Positions 18,230-25,795 of a stretch of 64,000 nucleotides of DNA are shown one piece after another. The DNA lies in the NCBI GenBank assembly GCA_963806755.1, contig CAWDZR010000016.1, forward strand, positions 247,249 to 311,248, given 5' to 3'. The stretch is from an uncultured Gemmatimonadales bacterium (lineage in GTDB: Bacteria; Gemmatimonadota; Gemmatimonadetes; Gemmatimonadales; JACORV01). The position numbers and the translations under genes are program-made. The stretch's first letter is position 1; each line of letters begins with the position of its first letter. The notes under the pieces are model-generated. The model was not told the DNA's origin, did not search any database, and was given only the letters and a program-made list of their open reading frames with translations.

Positions 18230-18508
18230 ATGGCGATACAGGGCGCTCAGCGCACGCCCACGGCGCGCCCCGATGTAGTCCTCAGGCGAGTGGGATCCGA
18301 GTGGGTCCTGTACGACGCCGCCAGGGAACGCGCCCACGTCTTGAACCTCACCGCCGCCGTCATCTGGACTTACTGCGACGGCACGTTCCTGCCGTCGGAC
18401 ATCGCGGACGCGATCGCCCGGGAAGTGCCCGGTCTCGACGTGGCGCGCATCGGCACCGACATCCACGACGTGCTGCGCCGGTTCGCCGACGAGGGGCTGC
18501 TGCAATAG
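18230..18508 (+). CDS. PqqD-family peptide chaperone (RiPP-recognition-element-like), 92 aa
   Basis: In-frame part of ORF 18047..18508 from ATG 18230. PDVVLRRVGSEWVLYDAARERAHVLNLTAAVIWTYCDGTFLPSDIADAIAREVPGLDVARIGTDIHDVLRRFADEGLL follows the PqqD pattern (x-vl-d..sg..h.LN.tA..iW..cDG..t..ei...l...). Confidence 0.85.
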   Translation: MAIQGAQRTPTARPDVVLRRVGSEWVLYDAARERAHVLNLTAAVIWTYCDGTFLPSDIADAIAREVPGLDVARIGTDIHDVLRRFADEGLLQ

Positions 18509-19368
18509 CGCTCCGGCGGCGGATCGCCGTCGCGCCCCTGGTCCTGGAGTTCGCGAGCGACGACGGGATCGCCGCCCGGGCGCTGGAGGCCCTGTACCAC
18601 GCGGCGCCGGCCAGCACCGCTCCACCGACCCTGCGCTACGAGCTCCGGCGCGCCGGGCCGCGGCCGGGGGACGGATACGAGGCGGCGAGTCCCGCGCAGC
18701 CGGTGTTCGGGCCCACGACCCTCGCGGAGGCCTGGGCCTTCCTCGAATGGCGCGCGACCGAGGACGTGCTCAACGCCGCGACGCCGGACTGCGTGTTCAT
18801 GCATGCGGCGGCGGCGGTGCTGGGCGGGCGCATGGTGCTGCTGGTGGGCGACGCCGGGGCGGGCAAGTCCACGCTCCTCGCTCACCTGCTGTTGCGGGGA
18901 CATGGAGTACTCGGCGACGACGTGGTGCGATTCGCAACGCGCGACGGGTTGTTCTCGGCCGTCGGGCGCTCGGTCAAGCTGGATGATAAGGCGTTGCGCG
19001 GCATGCCGTTGATTGCGGCGCTGTGTGCCGCGGGGACCATCGGAACGCTTCTTGCCGCAGGATGCTACTACGTGAGCCCTGCAGCGGTGCGGAGAGACTG
19101 GCAAGCCGAGGCGGCGCGGCCTTGGGGGGTCGTGCTGCTCGAGGCCTCGTCGCGTGACGGGGCCAGCGGCGTGCGGCGGGCGAGCGCGGGCGAGGCCGCG
19201 GTCCGGTTCGCGCAGCGGCTGCTCGGGGGCGCCGGCCTGCCGGCGCCGGCGCGGGCCGAGGCGACGGTGCGCCTGCTGGAGAGCCTGGCGGACGTGGCGG
19301 CGTATCGCGCCGTCGGCCGCGATCCGGCGCGCGTCGCGGAGGCGCTGGAACGGGAGGCGATGACATGA
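18505..19368 (+). CDS. HPr-kinase-related P-loop kinase (HprK C-terminal-domain-like); start codon unresolved
   Basis: Frame of ORF 18193..19368. The sequence FMHAAAAVLGGRMVLLVGDAGAGKSTLLAHLLLRGHGVLGDDVVRF parallels HprK (GxSGxGKS..L..rGH.LvaDD). Walker A is at 18847-18873. There is no ATG, GTG or TTG between 18193 and 18800. ATA 18505 overlaps the PqqD stop (ATAG). About 287 aa if it starts there. Confidence 0.75.
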   Translation: MALRRRIAVAPLVLEFASDDGIAARALEALYHAAPASTAPPTLRYELRRAGPRPGDGYEAASPAQPVFGPTTLAEAWAFLEWRATEDVLNAATPDCVFMHAAAAVLGGRMVLLVGDAGAGKSTLLAHLLLRGHGVLGDDVVRFATRDGLFSAVGRSVKLDDKALRGMPLIAALCAAGTIGTLLAAGCYYVSPAAVRRDWQAEAARPWGVVLLEASSRDGASGVRRASAGEAAVRFAQRLLGGAGLPAPARAEATVRLLESLADVAAYRAVGRDPARVAEALEREAMT

Positions 19369-19892
19369 GCCTGCGCACCCTGGGCCTGCTGTCGGGCGGC
19401 GTCAGCCGCCGCGAGATGCTCGCGGCGCTGGCGCGCTGGAGCGTCCCGACGGTATTGACCATGACGCTGATCACGCGCGAGGCGCGGGCCGCGGCCTCCT
19501 GCCCGCCGTGCACCAAGAAGACCGGCGGCGTGTGCCGCGCGTGCACGATGAACCAGATCCTCAACTGCCAGTGCGAGCCGTGCCTCGGGGCGCCGTACTG
19601 TGCCAACGGCGCACGCGCGTCCGTGTCGCGGCCGGGGGCGATGACGGCGCCGTCGAGCGGGCTCGTCCCCGGCGGGACGCCGTCGCCGCTGTCGCCGTCC
19701 AACCCGGACCTGCTGAGCCCGTACTTCCGCACGCTGCGCAACCAGCCCGCGTTCTCGGGGCAGAACCCATTCGACCGCAGGCCCGGTGCCTTCGGCGGAT
19801 CCGGACTCCTCGGGGTGCCAGCCGATACGGGGCTGCGCTCGCGGGGTGGCCTGTACGATCGGCTGCGCCCTGATGCCCGGAGGCCGTTCTGA
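19365..19892 (+). CDS. Orphan cysteine-rich protein with twin-arginine-type leader and P/G/S-rich tail (175 aa)
   Basis: ORF 19365..19892. The ATG overlaps the kinase stop (ATGA). GC3 is very high. The leader is MSLRTLGLLSGGVSRREMLAALARWSVPTVLTMTLITREARA/AAS. The core is C-x2-C-x7-C-x2-C-x7-C-x-C-x2-C-x5-C (nt 19500-19601). The tail is low-complexity and rich in proline. Confidence 0.75.
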   Translation: MSLRTLGLLSGGVSRREMLAALARWSVPTVLTMTLITREARAAASCPPCTKKTGGVCRACTMNQILNCQCEPCLGAPYCANGARASVSRPGAMTAPSSGLVPGGTPSPLSPSNPDLLSPYFRTLRNQPAFSGQNPFDRRPGAFGGSGLLGVPADTGLRSRGGLYDRLRPDARRPF

Positions 19893-19963
19893 GCCTGCTC
19901 CCGTCCGCCCCTGATGCCCGGCGCGCCACGCTGCCGGGCACGCACCAGCTGCACCTGCGCGAC

Positions 19964-22270
19964 GTGCTGCGCGTCCTGCTGCTCCATTGGAAGATCGTCG
20001 GCCTGGTCACGCTCCTGGTCGCGGTGGGGGCCTTCTCCTCGGCCCGGCGGGCCGTCCCGCGCTACCGCTCGGACGCCTCCTTCCAGGTGGGCTCGAAGAA
20101 GTACGCCGCGCCGCGCCTCGACGAGCCGCAGGTCAACGAGCTCGACATCAAGACCGATCCGGTCCTGTCCGAAGCCCTGATCCTCAAGACGCAGAACCTG
20201 GCGCTGGCGGTGGCGGACTCGCTCGGCCTGCAGCTCCGGCTGCTCGAGGACCGGGTGCCCCGCGGCAGCGTGCTCGACGACGCGCACGTGGCCCTGGCGG
20301 CGCCCAACGACACGTTCCTGCTCTACCTCAAGGGCCCGGCCGGGTGGGAAGTGCGGGACGCGCACGGGCGGGTGCTGGACGCGGGGACGTACGACACGCC
20401 GGTGCGGGACTCGGCGCGGGGGTTCGCCTTCACGGTCCACCCCTCCGCCGTGCCGCGGGTGCTCCGCTTCGCGATCATCTCGCCGGTGGCGGCCGCCAAC
20501 GAGGTGCGCGGCGGGCTGGGGTTCGACATCCAGGAGGGGACGACGGTCGTGGGGGCGTACTACGACGGCGCCGACCCCTCCCTCGCCCCCGACATCCTGA
20601 ACGAGGCGCTCGCCGTCCTGCGGTGGACCGGCGTGGCGCGCCTGCAGGAGATGTCGGTGCAGCGCGAGGCGTTCCTCAAGAGCTCGCTCGACGAGGCGGG
20701 GCATCAGTACCGGCAGGCGCTGGCGGCGCTCCAGCAGTACAAGGAGGCGGAGCACACCACCGACCTCACGGCCGAAGAGCAGGCCCTGCTCAACTCGGTG
20801 CAGATGTTCGACCGCGAGAAGCAGCAGGAACGGGAGGACCTCGCCCTGCTGCAAAGCATCCTCGACCAGTCGAGCGAGGGGAACATCACGCTCGAGATGC
20901 TCAACCGGCTGGCGGCGATGCCGAACATCGACAAGAACACGGCCATCGCCTTCCAGATGCAGAACCTGCTGAAGCTGTACGACGACCGCCGCAGCCTCAC
21001 CGCGGGCACGCTCGGCCTGCGGGAGGACAACCCGCAGGTCCAGGCGCTCGACCAGCGGATCGTGCAGGCCGGGCGGGCGCTGCGGCAGGCCGCGCAGGCC
21101 AGCGTCCAGAGCATGCAGGCGGACATCGCGGCCCTCGACCAGCGCATCGGCACGCTCCGTACCCAGCTCGCGACCTATCCGGGCAAGGAGACGCAGATCG
21201 GGCAGCTGGAGCTGGACGCGGCCCTGTACAACGACACCTACCGCTATCTGCTGACCCAGCTCCAGGCCGCGCAGATCAGCTCGGCCACGATCGCGCCCTA
21301 TGTGGACGTGGTCGAATCGGCGACGGTGGCCGCGCCGATCGGCGTGAGCACGCGCCAGAAGGTGACGATCGGGCTGCTGGTGGGCCTGCTGCTGGGGGTG
21401 GTGGCGGCGTTCTTCCTCGAGTACCTCGACCAGACGATCAAGTCGGCGGTGGACGTGGAGCGGGCGCTGGAGACCCCGGTGCTCGGCCTCATCCCGATCG
21501 ATCCGCGCAGCGAGCGCGACGGGCGGCGCGGCGGCCGCCGCCGGGCGGTCATTCCGCTCATCACCAGCGCCGCCCCCGACGACCCGACGAGCGAGGCGTA
21601 CCGGGCCCTGCGCACCAACGTCACGTTCGTGAGCGCCGAGGAGCGGGCGCTGCAGCTTGTGTGCATCACGAGCCCGGGGCCCGGCGAGGGGAAGAGCACG
21701 ACCGCGGCCAACCTGGCCATCACGCTGGCGCAGCAGGGGACGCACACCCTGCTGGTGGACGCGGACCTGCGGCGGCCCATCGTGCACAAGGCCTTCAACC
21801 TCGTGCAGGAGCCAGGGCTCACCGACATTCTCGTGGGCACGGCCACCCTGCGCGAGGCCGTGCGGCCCAACGTGATCCCCAACCTCGACGTGCTCCCGGG
21901 AGGCGCGCTGCCGCCCAACCCCTCCGAGCTGCTGGGCTCCGAGGCGATGCGCCGCCTGACCGCGGAGCTGCGGACGCAGTACCAGAGCGTCATCTTCGAC
22001 ACGCCGCCGGCGCTGGCCGTGACCGATGCCACGGTGCTCGGGGCGGGCGCGGACGGCGTCATCCTCGTGCTCCGCGCCGGCGAGACCGACGAGCTCGCGG
22101 CCCAGCGCGCGGTCGAGGTGTTCCGCCGCGTGCAGGTGCGCATCGCGGGCACGGTCCTGAACGCCGTCGAGAAGCAGCGGGTGCGCTACTACCAGTACTA
22201 CAACTACAGCCGGGAGTCGCCGCAGGGGCGGCTGGCGGGGTGGCGGCACAAGATCGCGAGCTGGCTGTAG
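19964..22270 (+). CDS. Polysaccharide co-polymerase fused to BY-kinase (GumC/Wzc-type tyrosine autokinase)
   Basis: ORF 19964..22270 (GTG). Features: N-terminal TM plus a Wzz-like coiled-coil region, a second TM, Walker A SPGPGEGKSTTAANLA, Walker A' LLVDADLRRP, VIFDTPP, and a C-terminal tyrosine cluster RYYQYYNYS. Confidence 0.9.
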   Translation: MLRVLLLHWKIVGLVTLLVAVGAFSSARRAVPRYRSDASFQVGSKKYAAPRLDEPQVNELDIKTDPVLSEALILKTQNLALAVADSLGLQLRLLEDRVPRGSVLDDAHVALAAPNDTFLLYLKGPAGWEVRDAHGRVLDAGTYDTPVRDSARGFAFTVHPSAVPRVLRFAIISPVAAANEVRGGLGFDIQEGTTVVGAYYDGADPSLAPDILNEALAVLRWTGVARLQEMSVQREAFLKSSLDEAGHQYRQALAALQQYKEAEHTTDLTAEEQALLNSVQMFDREKQQEREDLALLQSILDQSSEGNITLEMLNRLAAMPNIDKNTAIAFQMQNLLKLYDDRRSLTAGTLGLREDNPQVQALDQRIVQAGRALRQAAQASVQSMQADIAALDQRIGTLRTQLATYPGKETQIGQLELDAALYNDTYRYLLTQLQAAQISSATIAPYVDVVESATVAAPIGVSTRQKVTIGLLVGLLLGVVAAFFLEYLDQTIKSAVDVERALETPVLGLIPIDPRSERDGRRGGRRRAVIPLITSAAPDDPTSEAYRALRTNVTFVSAEERALQLVCITSPGPGEGKSTTAANLAITLAQQGTHTLLVDADLRRPIVHKAFNLVQEPGLTDILVGTATLREAVRPNVIPNLDVLPGGALPPNPSELLGSEAMRRLTAELRTQYQSVIFDTPPALAVTDATVLGAGADGVILVLRAGETDELAAQRAVEVFRRVQVRIAGTVLNAVEKQRVRYYQYYNYSRESPQGRLAGWRHKIASWL

Positions 22271-22302
22271 CGGGAGCCGCGACGCCGGCGGCGGCGAAGC
22301 AC

Positions 22303-22335
22303 CAAGGGGTCGGCCTCGGCGAGGCTGACCCCTTG
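22303..22335. terminator. GC-rich hairpin between convergent wzc-like gene and purA
   Basis: CAAGGGGTCGGCCTC-GGC-GAGGCTGACCCCTTG forms a 15-bp stem with one G:T pair. The palindrome CCGCGGCGCCGCGG follows at about 22353-22368. Confidence 0.6.
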
Positions 22336-22370
22336 TCGCGTTCCGTCCCCATCCGCCGCGGCGCCGCGGG

Positions 22371-23651
22371 CTAGACCTCGATCAGCTGCTCCCGCTTCGT
22401 GCCCACGCCCACGTACCGGATCGGGGCGCCCGACAGCTCCTCGAGCCGGTCGAGGTAGCGTCGCGCCTCGGTCGGCAGGTCCTCCAGCCGCCGCGCGTCG
22501 CCGGTGCGCCGGCGCCATCCCGGCAGCCGTTCGTACACCGGCTGCACGCACTCGAGCGCCGCGACGTTGTCCGGCAGGTCGTCGAGCCGCGCCCCGTCCA
22601 ACCGGTAGTGGGTGCACACCGGGACCGTGTCGAAGGTGTCGAGGACGTCGAGCTTGGTCACCGCCAACCCGGTGAGGCCGTTCACGCGCACGGCGAACCG
22701 GACCACCACCGCGTCGAACCAGCCGCAGCGCCGCGGCCGTCCCGTCGTGGCGCCGAATTCGCCGCCCAGGGTGCGGAGCCGCTCGCCCTCCTCGGGGCTC
22801 GCCTCGGTGGGCAGCGGGCCGTTGCCGACGCGGGTGGTGTAGGCCTTCACCACGCCGAGCACCGCGTCGATCGCCGTCGGGCCGATGCCGGCGCCGACGG
22901 ACGCGCCGCCCGCGGTGGTGTGCGACGACGTGACGAACGGGTAGGTGCCGTGATCCACGTCGAGCAGCGCGCCCTGCGCGCCCTCGAGCAGCACGTTCCC
23001 GCCGGCGGCCAGCGACTCCCACACCAGCTTCCCCGCGTCCGCCACGAACGGGAGCAGCCGCGGGGCCACCGCGCCGAGCGCCCGCTCCACGTCGCCGGCG
23101 GCGCAGCGCTTGGTCGAGCCGGCCAGCTCCAGCATGCGGTTGGCGTGCTCGCAGCCGGACCGTACCAGCTTGGCGAGGTTGGCCGGGTGCCGGAGGTCGC
23201 CCACGCGCACGCCGCGCCGGCCGACCTTGTCCTCGTACGCGGGCCCGATGCCCCGGCTCGTGGTGCCGATCGTCTTGCTCCGCGCGCTCTCGGTGTCGAG
23301 CAGCTTGTGATAGGCCAGGACGAAATGGGCGCGATCGCTGACGATGAGCCGCCCGTCGATCGCGATCCCGCGCTCGAGCAGGGCGTCGATCTCGTGGAAC
23401 AGGGTCTCCGGGTCGAGCACGACCCCGTTGCCGATGACGCACCGCGTGCCCGGATGCAGGATGCCCGCCGGGATCTGGTGCAGCACGAATTCCCCGCCGG
23501 GCGCGTCCACGGTGTGGCCCGCGTTCGCGCCGCCCTGGTAGCGGACGACCAGGTCGGCCCGCTCGGCGAGGGCATCCACGACCTTCCCCTTCCCTTCGTC
23601 GCCCCACTGGGCGCCGACGACGACGAGGCAGTGGACCTCAGGAGAGAACAT
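22371..23651 (-). CDS. purA: Adenylosuccinate synthetase
   Basis: ORF 22371..23651. VVVGAQWGDEGKGKVVD (P-loop), GGANAGHTV, TTSRGIGPAYEDK and GTKRE are present. Confidence 0.96.
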   Translation of the reverse strand: MFSPEVHCLVVVGAQWGDEGKGKVVDALAERADLVVRYQGGANAGHTVDAPGGEFVLHQIPAGILHPGTRCVIGNGVVLDPETLFHEIDALLERGIAIDGRLIVSDRAHFVLAYHKLLDTESARSKTIGTTSRGIGPAYEDKVGRRGVRVGDLRHPANLAKLVRSGCEHANRMLELAGSTKRCAAGDVERALGAVAPRLLPFVADAGKLVWESLAAGGNVLLEGAQGALLDVDHGTYPFVTSSHTTAGGASVGAGIGPTAIDAVLGVVKAYTTRVGNGPLPTEASPEEGERLRTLGGEFGATTGRPRRCGWFDAVVVRFAVRVNGLTGLAVTKLDVLDTFDTVPVCTHYRLDGARLDDLPDNVAALECVQPVYERLPGWRRRTGDARRLEDLPTEARRYLDRLEELSGAPIRYVGVGTKREQLIEV

Positions 23652-23688
23652 CGGGGCGGGGGCGAGAGGGTGCAGGGTGCAGGGTGTG
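23652..23688. repeat. G-tract / heptamer array (xAGGGTG x3) immediately upstream of purA
   Basis: CGGGGCGGGGGC, then GAGGGTG CAGGGTG CAGGGTG (23666-23686). On the purA sense strand this reads CACCCTG CACCCTG CACCCTC ..CCCCCGCCCCG-ATG. Confidence 0.8.
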
Positions 23689-23696
23689 AAAACGGC

Positions 23697-24602
23697 CTAG
23701 GCCGCGGCCCGGAGGCCGGCGCTCGCGAGCAGCTCCGCGACGCGCCGCCGCTGGCGCTCGTCGAGCGGCACGAGCGGCGGCCGCACCGGACCGCCGGCGA
23801 GGCCGACCGCGTCCATCGCCGCCTTCACGCCGGGCACGCCCAGCTCGCCCACGATCTCGCGCGCCAGGGGATTGAGCTGTTCCTGGAGCGCGCCGGCCGC
23901 GCGCCGGTCGTCGGCGCGGAACGCCCGGAACAGCGCAACGCAGCGCTCGGCGGCGAAGCAGGCGACGGCCAGCACTCCGCCGTCGGCCCCGAGCTCGAGG
24001 GCCGGATAGAACTGCGTGCCGGCACCCACCAGGGCCTTGAGCCGCGGCGCCGCCGCGCGGTAGTTCGCCATGACCTTCAGGTCGCCCGACGACTCCTTGA
24101 AGCCCATCACCCGCTCGTGGTCCGCCAGCGCGCGGATCACACCCTCGTGCAGCATGACGTGCGTGTACTTGGGCATGTTGTAGATCAGCACCGGCACGGG
24201 GCTGGCGTCGGCGACCCGCAGGTAGTGGTCGGTCAGCGCCGCGGGCGTCAGCGTCGGACCGAAGTAGGCCGGCGGGCGCACCAGGACCGCGTCCGCGCCC
24301 GCCGCGGCCGCGTCCTCGGTGGCGCGCACCGTCGCCCGCGTCGATTCGGCGCCGGTGCCCGAGATCAGCCACCGGTCCTCCGGCACCACCTCCCGTAGCC
24401 ATTCCACCAGGCGCGCGCGCTCGCCGTCGTCGAGCAGCGGCCCCTCCCCTGTGGTGCCCGACACCACGATCCCCTGCGCCCCCGCCCGGAGGAGGTCCCG
24501 CACCACGGCGCGCAGCGCCACCGGCGCGACGTTGCCGGTCTCGCCGTCGAAGGGCGTCGTCACCGGCACCAGCACGCCCTGCAGCGTCTCCGGAGGCTTC
24601 AT
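23697..24602 (-). CDS. dapA: 4-hydroxy-tetrahydrodipicolinate synthase family (DapA/DHDPS-like aldolase)
   Basis: ORF 23697..24602. VPVTTPF, VSGTTGEGPLL, YNMP and FKESSGD (Schiff-base Lys region) are present. Confidence 0.85.
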   Translation of the reverse strand: MKPPETLQGVLVPVTTPFDGETGNVAPVALRAVVRDLLRAGAQGIVVSGTTGEGPLLDDGERARLVEWLREVVPEDRWLISGTGAESTRATVRATEDAAAAGADAVLVRPPAYFGPTLTPAALTDHYLRVADASPVPVLIYNMPKYTHVMLHEGVIRALADHERVMGFKESSGDLKVMANYRAAAPRLKALVGAGTQFYPALELGADGGVLAVACFAAERCVALFRAFRADDRRAAGALQEQLNPLAREIVGELGVPGVKAAMDAVGLAGGPVRPPLVPLDERQRRRVAELLASAGLRAAA

Positions 24603-25795
24603 GAGGGCAGCATGCTCGACAGGTCGTCCGTGAATCCCTCGGGCCGCTCGGGCTCCGGCGCCTCCGGCGGCGGCGCGGCGCCCTCGGGGACCTCGGCCGG
24701 ACCCTTCACCCGCGCCGTCATCCGCGACTTCCGCCGGAAGGTCCTCGCCTGCAGCTCGAAATCCGACGGGTTCGAGGAGTTGGCCAGCGCGGTGTCATAC
24801 TCGACGATGTCGTTGGTCACCAGCTCCATGAGGTGCTGGTCGAACGTCTGCATCCCGTACTGCTCCCGCCCCTCGGCGATGAACTCGCGGATCTCGGAGG
24901 TGCGGTTCTGGTCCAGGATCAGGTCCCGGATCGTCGCCGTGACGATCATGATCTCCAGGGCCGCCACCCGCCCGTGCCCGTCCTTGCGCCGCAGCAGCCG
25001 CTGCGACACCACCGCGTGCAGCGCATCGGCCAGCCGCACCCGCACGATGTCCTGCTCCTCGGGCGGGAACATGGCGATGATGCGGCCGATGGTGGTCGTG
25101 GCGTCGGGCGTGTGGAGCGTGGACACCAGCAGGTGCCCGGTCTCCGACGCCTTCATCGCCGTGTCGATCGTCTCCGCGTCGCGCATCTCCCCGATCAGGA
25201 TCACGTCGGGGTCCTGCCGCAGCGCCGCGCGCAGCCCGCTGCGGAACCCCTCGGTGTCGGTGCCGATCTCGCGCTGGGTGAGGGAGCAGTTGATGTCGCG
25301 GTGCAGGAACTCGATCGGGTTCTCCAGCGTGATGATGTGCTTCTGCTGCGACCGGTTGATGCAGTCGATCATCGCGGCCATCGTGGAGCTCTTGCCGCTG
25401 CCGGTGACCCCGGTGACCAGGATCATCCCGCGCTCGGCGGCCGCCACCGTGGACAGCACCGGCGGCAGGTGCAGCGACTCGAACGTCGGCACCTCGAAGG
25501 GAATGACCCGCATCACGATCATGAAGGAGGAGCGCTGCCGGAGGATGTTGACGCGGAACCGCCCGATCCCGGGCGCGCCCCACGAGCAGTCGTAGTCCTG
25601 GATCTTGTCGATCCGCGCCTTGTCCTCGACGCCGGGGATGAACTGCAGCGCGATCGCCTTGGTCTGCTCGGGCGTGAGGCGCTGCTTCGTCAGCGGGACC
25701 AGCTTGCCGTCGATGCGGGCACGGAAGACGTCGCCCGCCTTGATGTGCAGGTCGGACGCGCCGCGGTCCACCGCCGCCTTGATGATCTTCTCCAT
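24599..25795 (-). CDS. pilT: Type IV pilus retraction ATPase PilT (with acidic/proline-rich C-terminal tail)
   Basis: ORF 24599..25795. ASDLHIKAG, Walker A GVTGSGKSST, ITLENPIEF, ALRQDPDVILIGEMRD and TGHLLVSTLHT are present. The stop overlaps the dapA start (ATGA). Confidence 0.92.
   Translation of the reverse strand: MEKIIKAAVDRGASDLHIKAGDVFRARIDGKLVPLTKQRLTPEQTKAIALQFIPGVEDKARIDKIQDYDCSWGAPGIGRFRVNILRQRSSFMIVMRVIPFEVPTFESLHLPPVLSTVAAAERGMILVTGVTGSGKSSTMAAMIDCINRSQQKHIITLENPIEFLHRDINCSLTQREIGTDTEGFRSGLRAALRQDPDVILIGEMRDAETIDTAMKASETGHLLVSTLHTPDATTTIGRIIAMFPPEEQDIVRVRLADALHAVVSQRLLRRKDGHGRVAALEIMIVTATIRDLILDQNRTSEIREFIAEGREQYGMQTFDQHLMELVTNDIVEYDTALANSSNPSDFELQARTFRRKSRMTARVKGPAEVPEGAAPPPEAPEPERPEGFTDDLSSMLPS

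Noticed and set aside
19914-20180. ORF 19914..20180 (+, 88 aa) with a Cys-rich start (CRARTSCTCATCCASCCS) as a second Cys-rich peptide after the cassette
   Set aside because: It lies out of frame inside the 5' end of the wzc-like gene. The cysteines arise from CTG (Leu) codons read in the +1 frame, and the rest is S/R-rich shadow sequence. The 13-mer direct repeat CCCTGATGCCCGG (19868 and 19909) nearby is too short to interpret.
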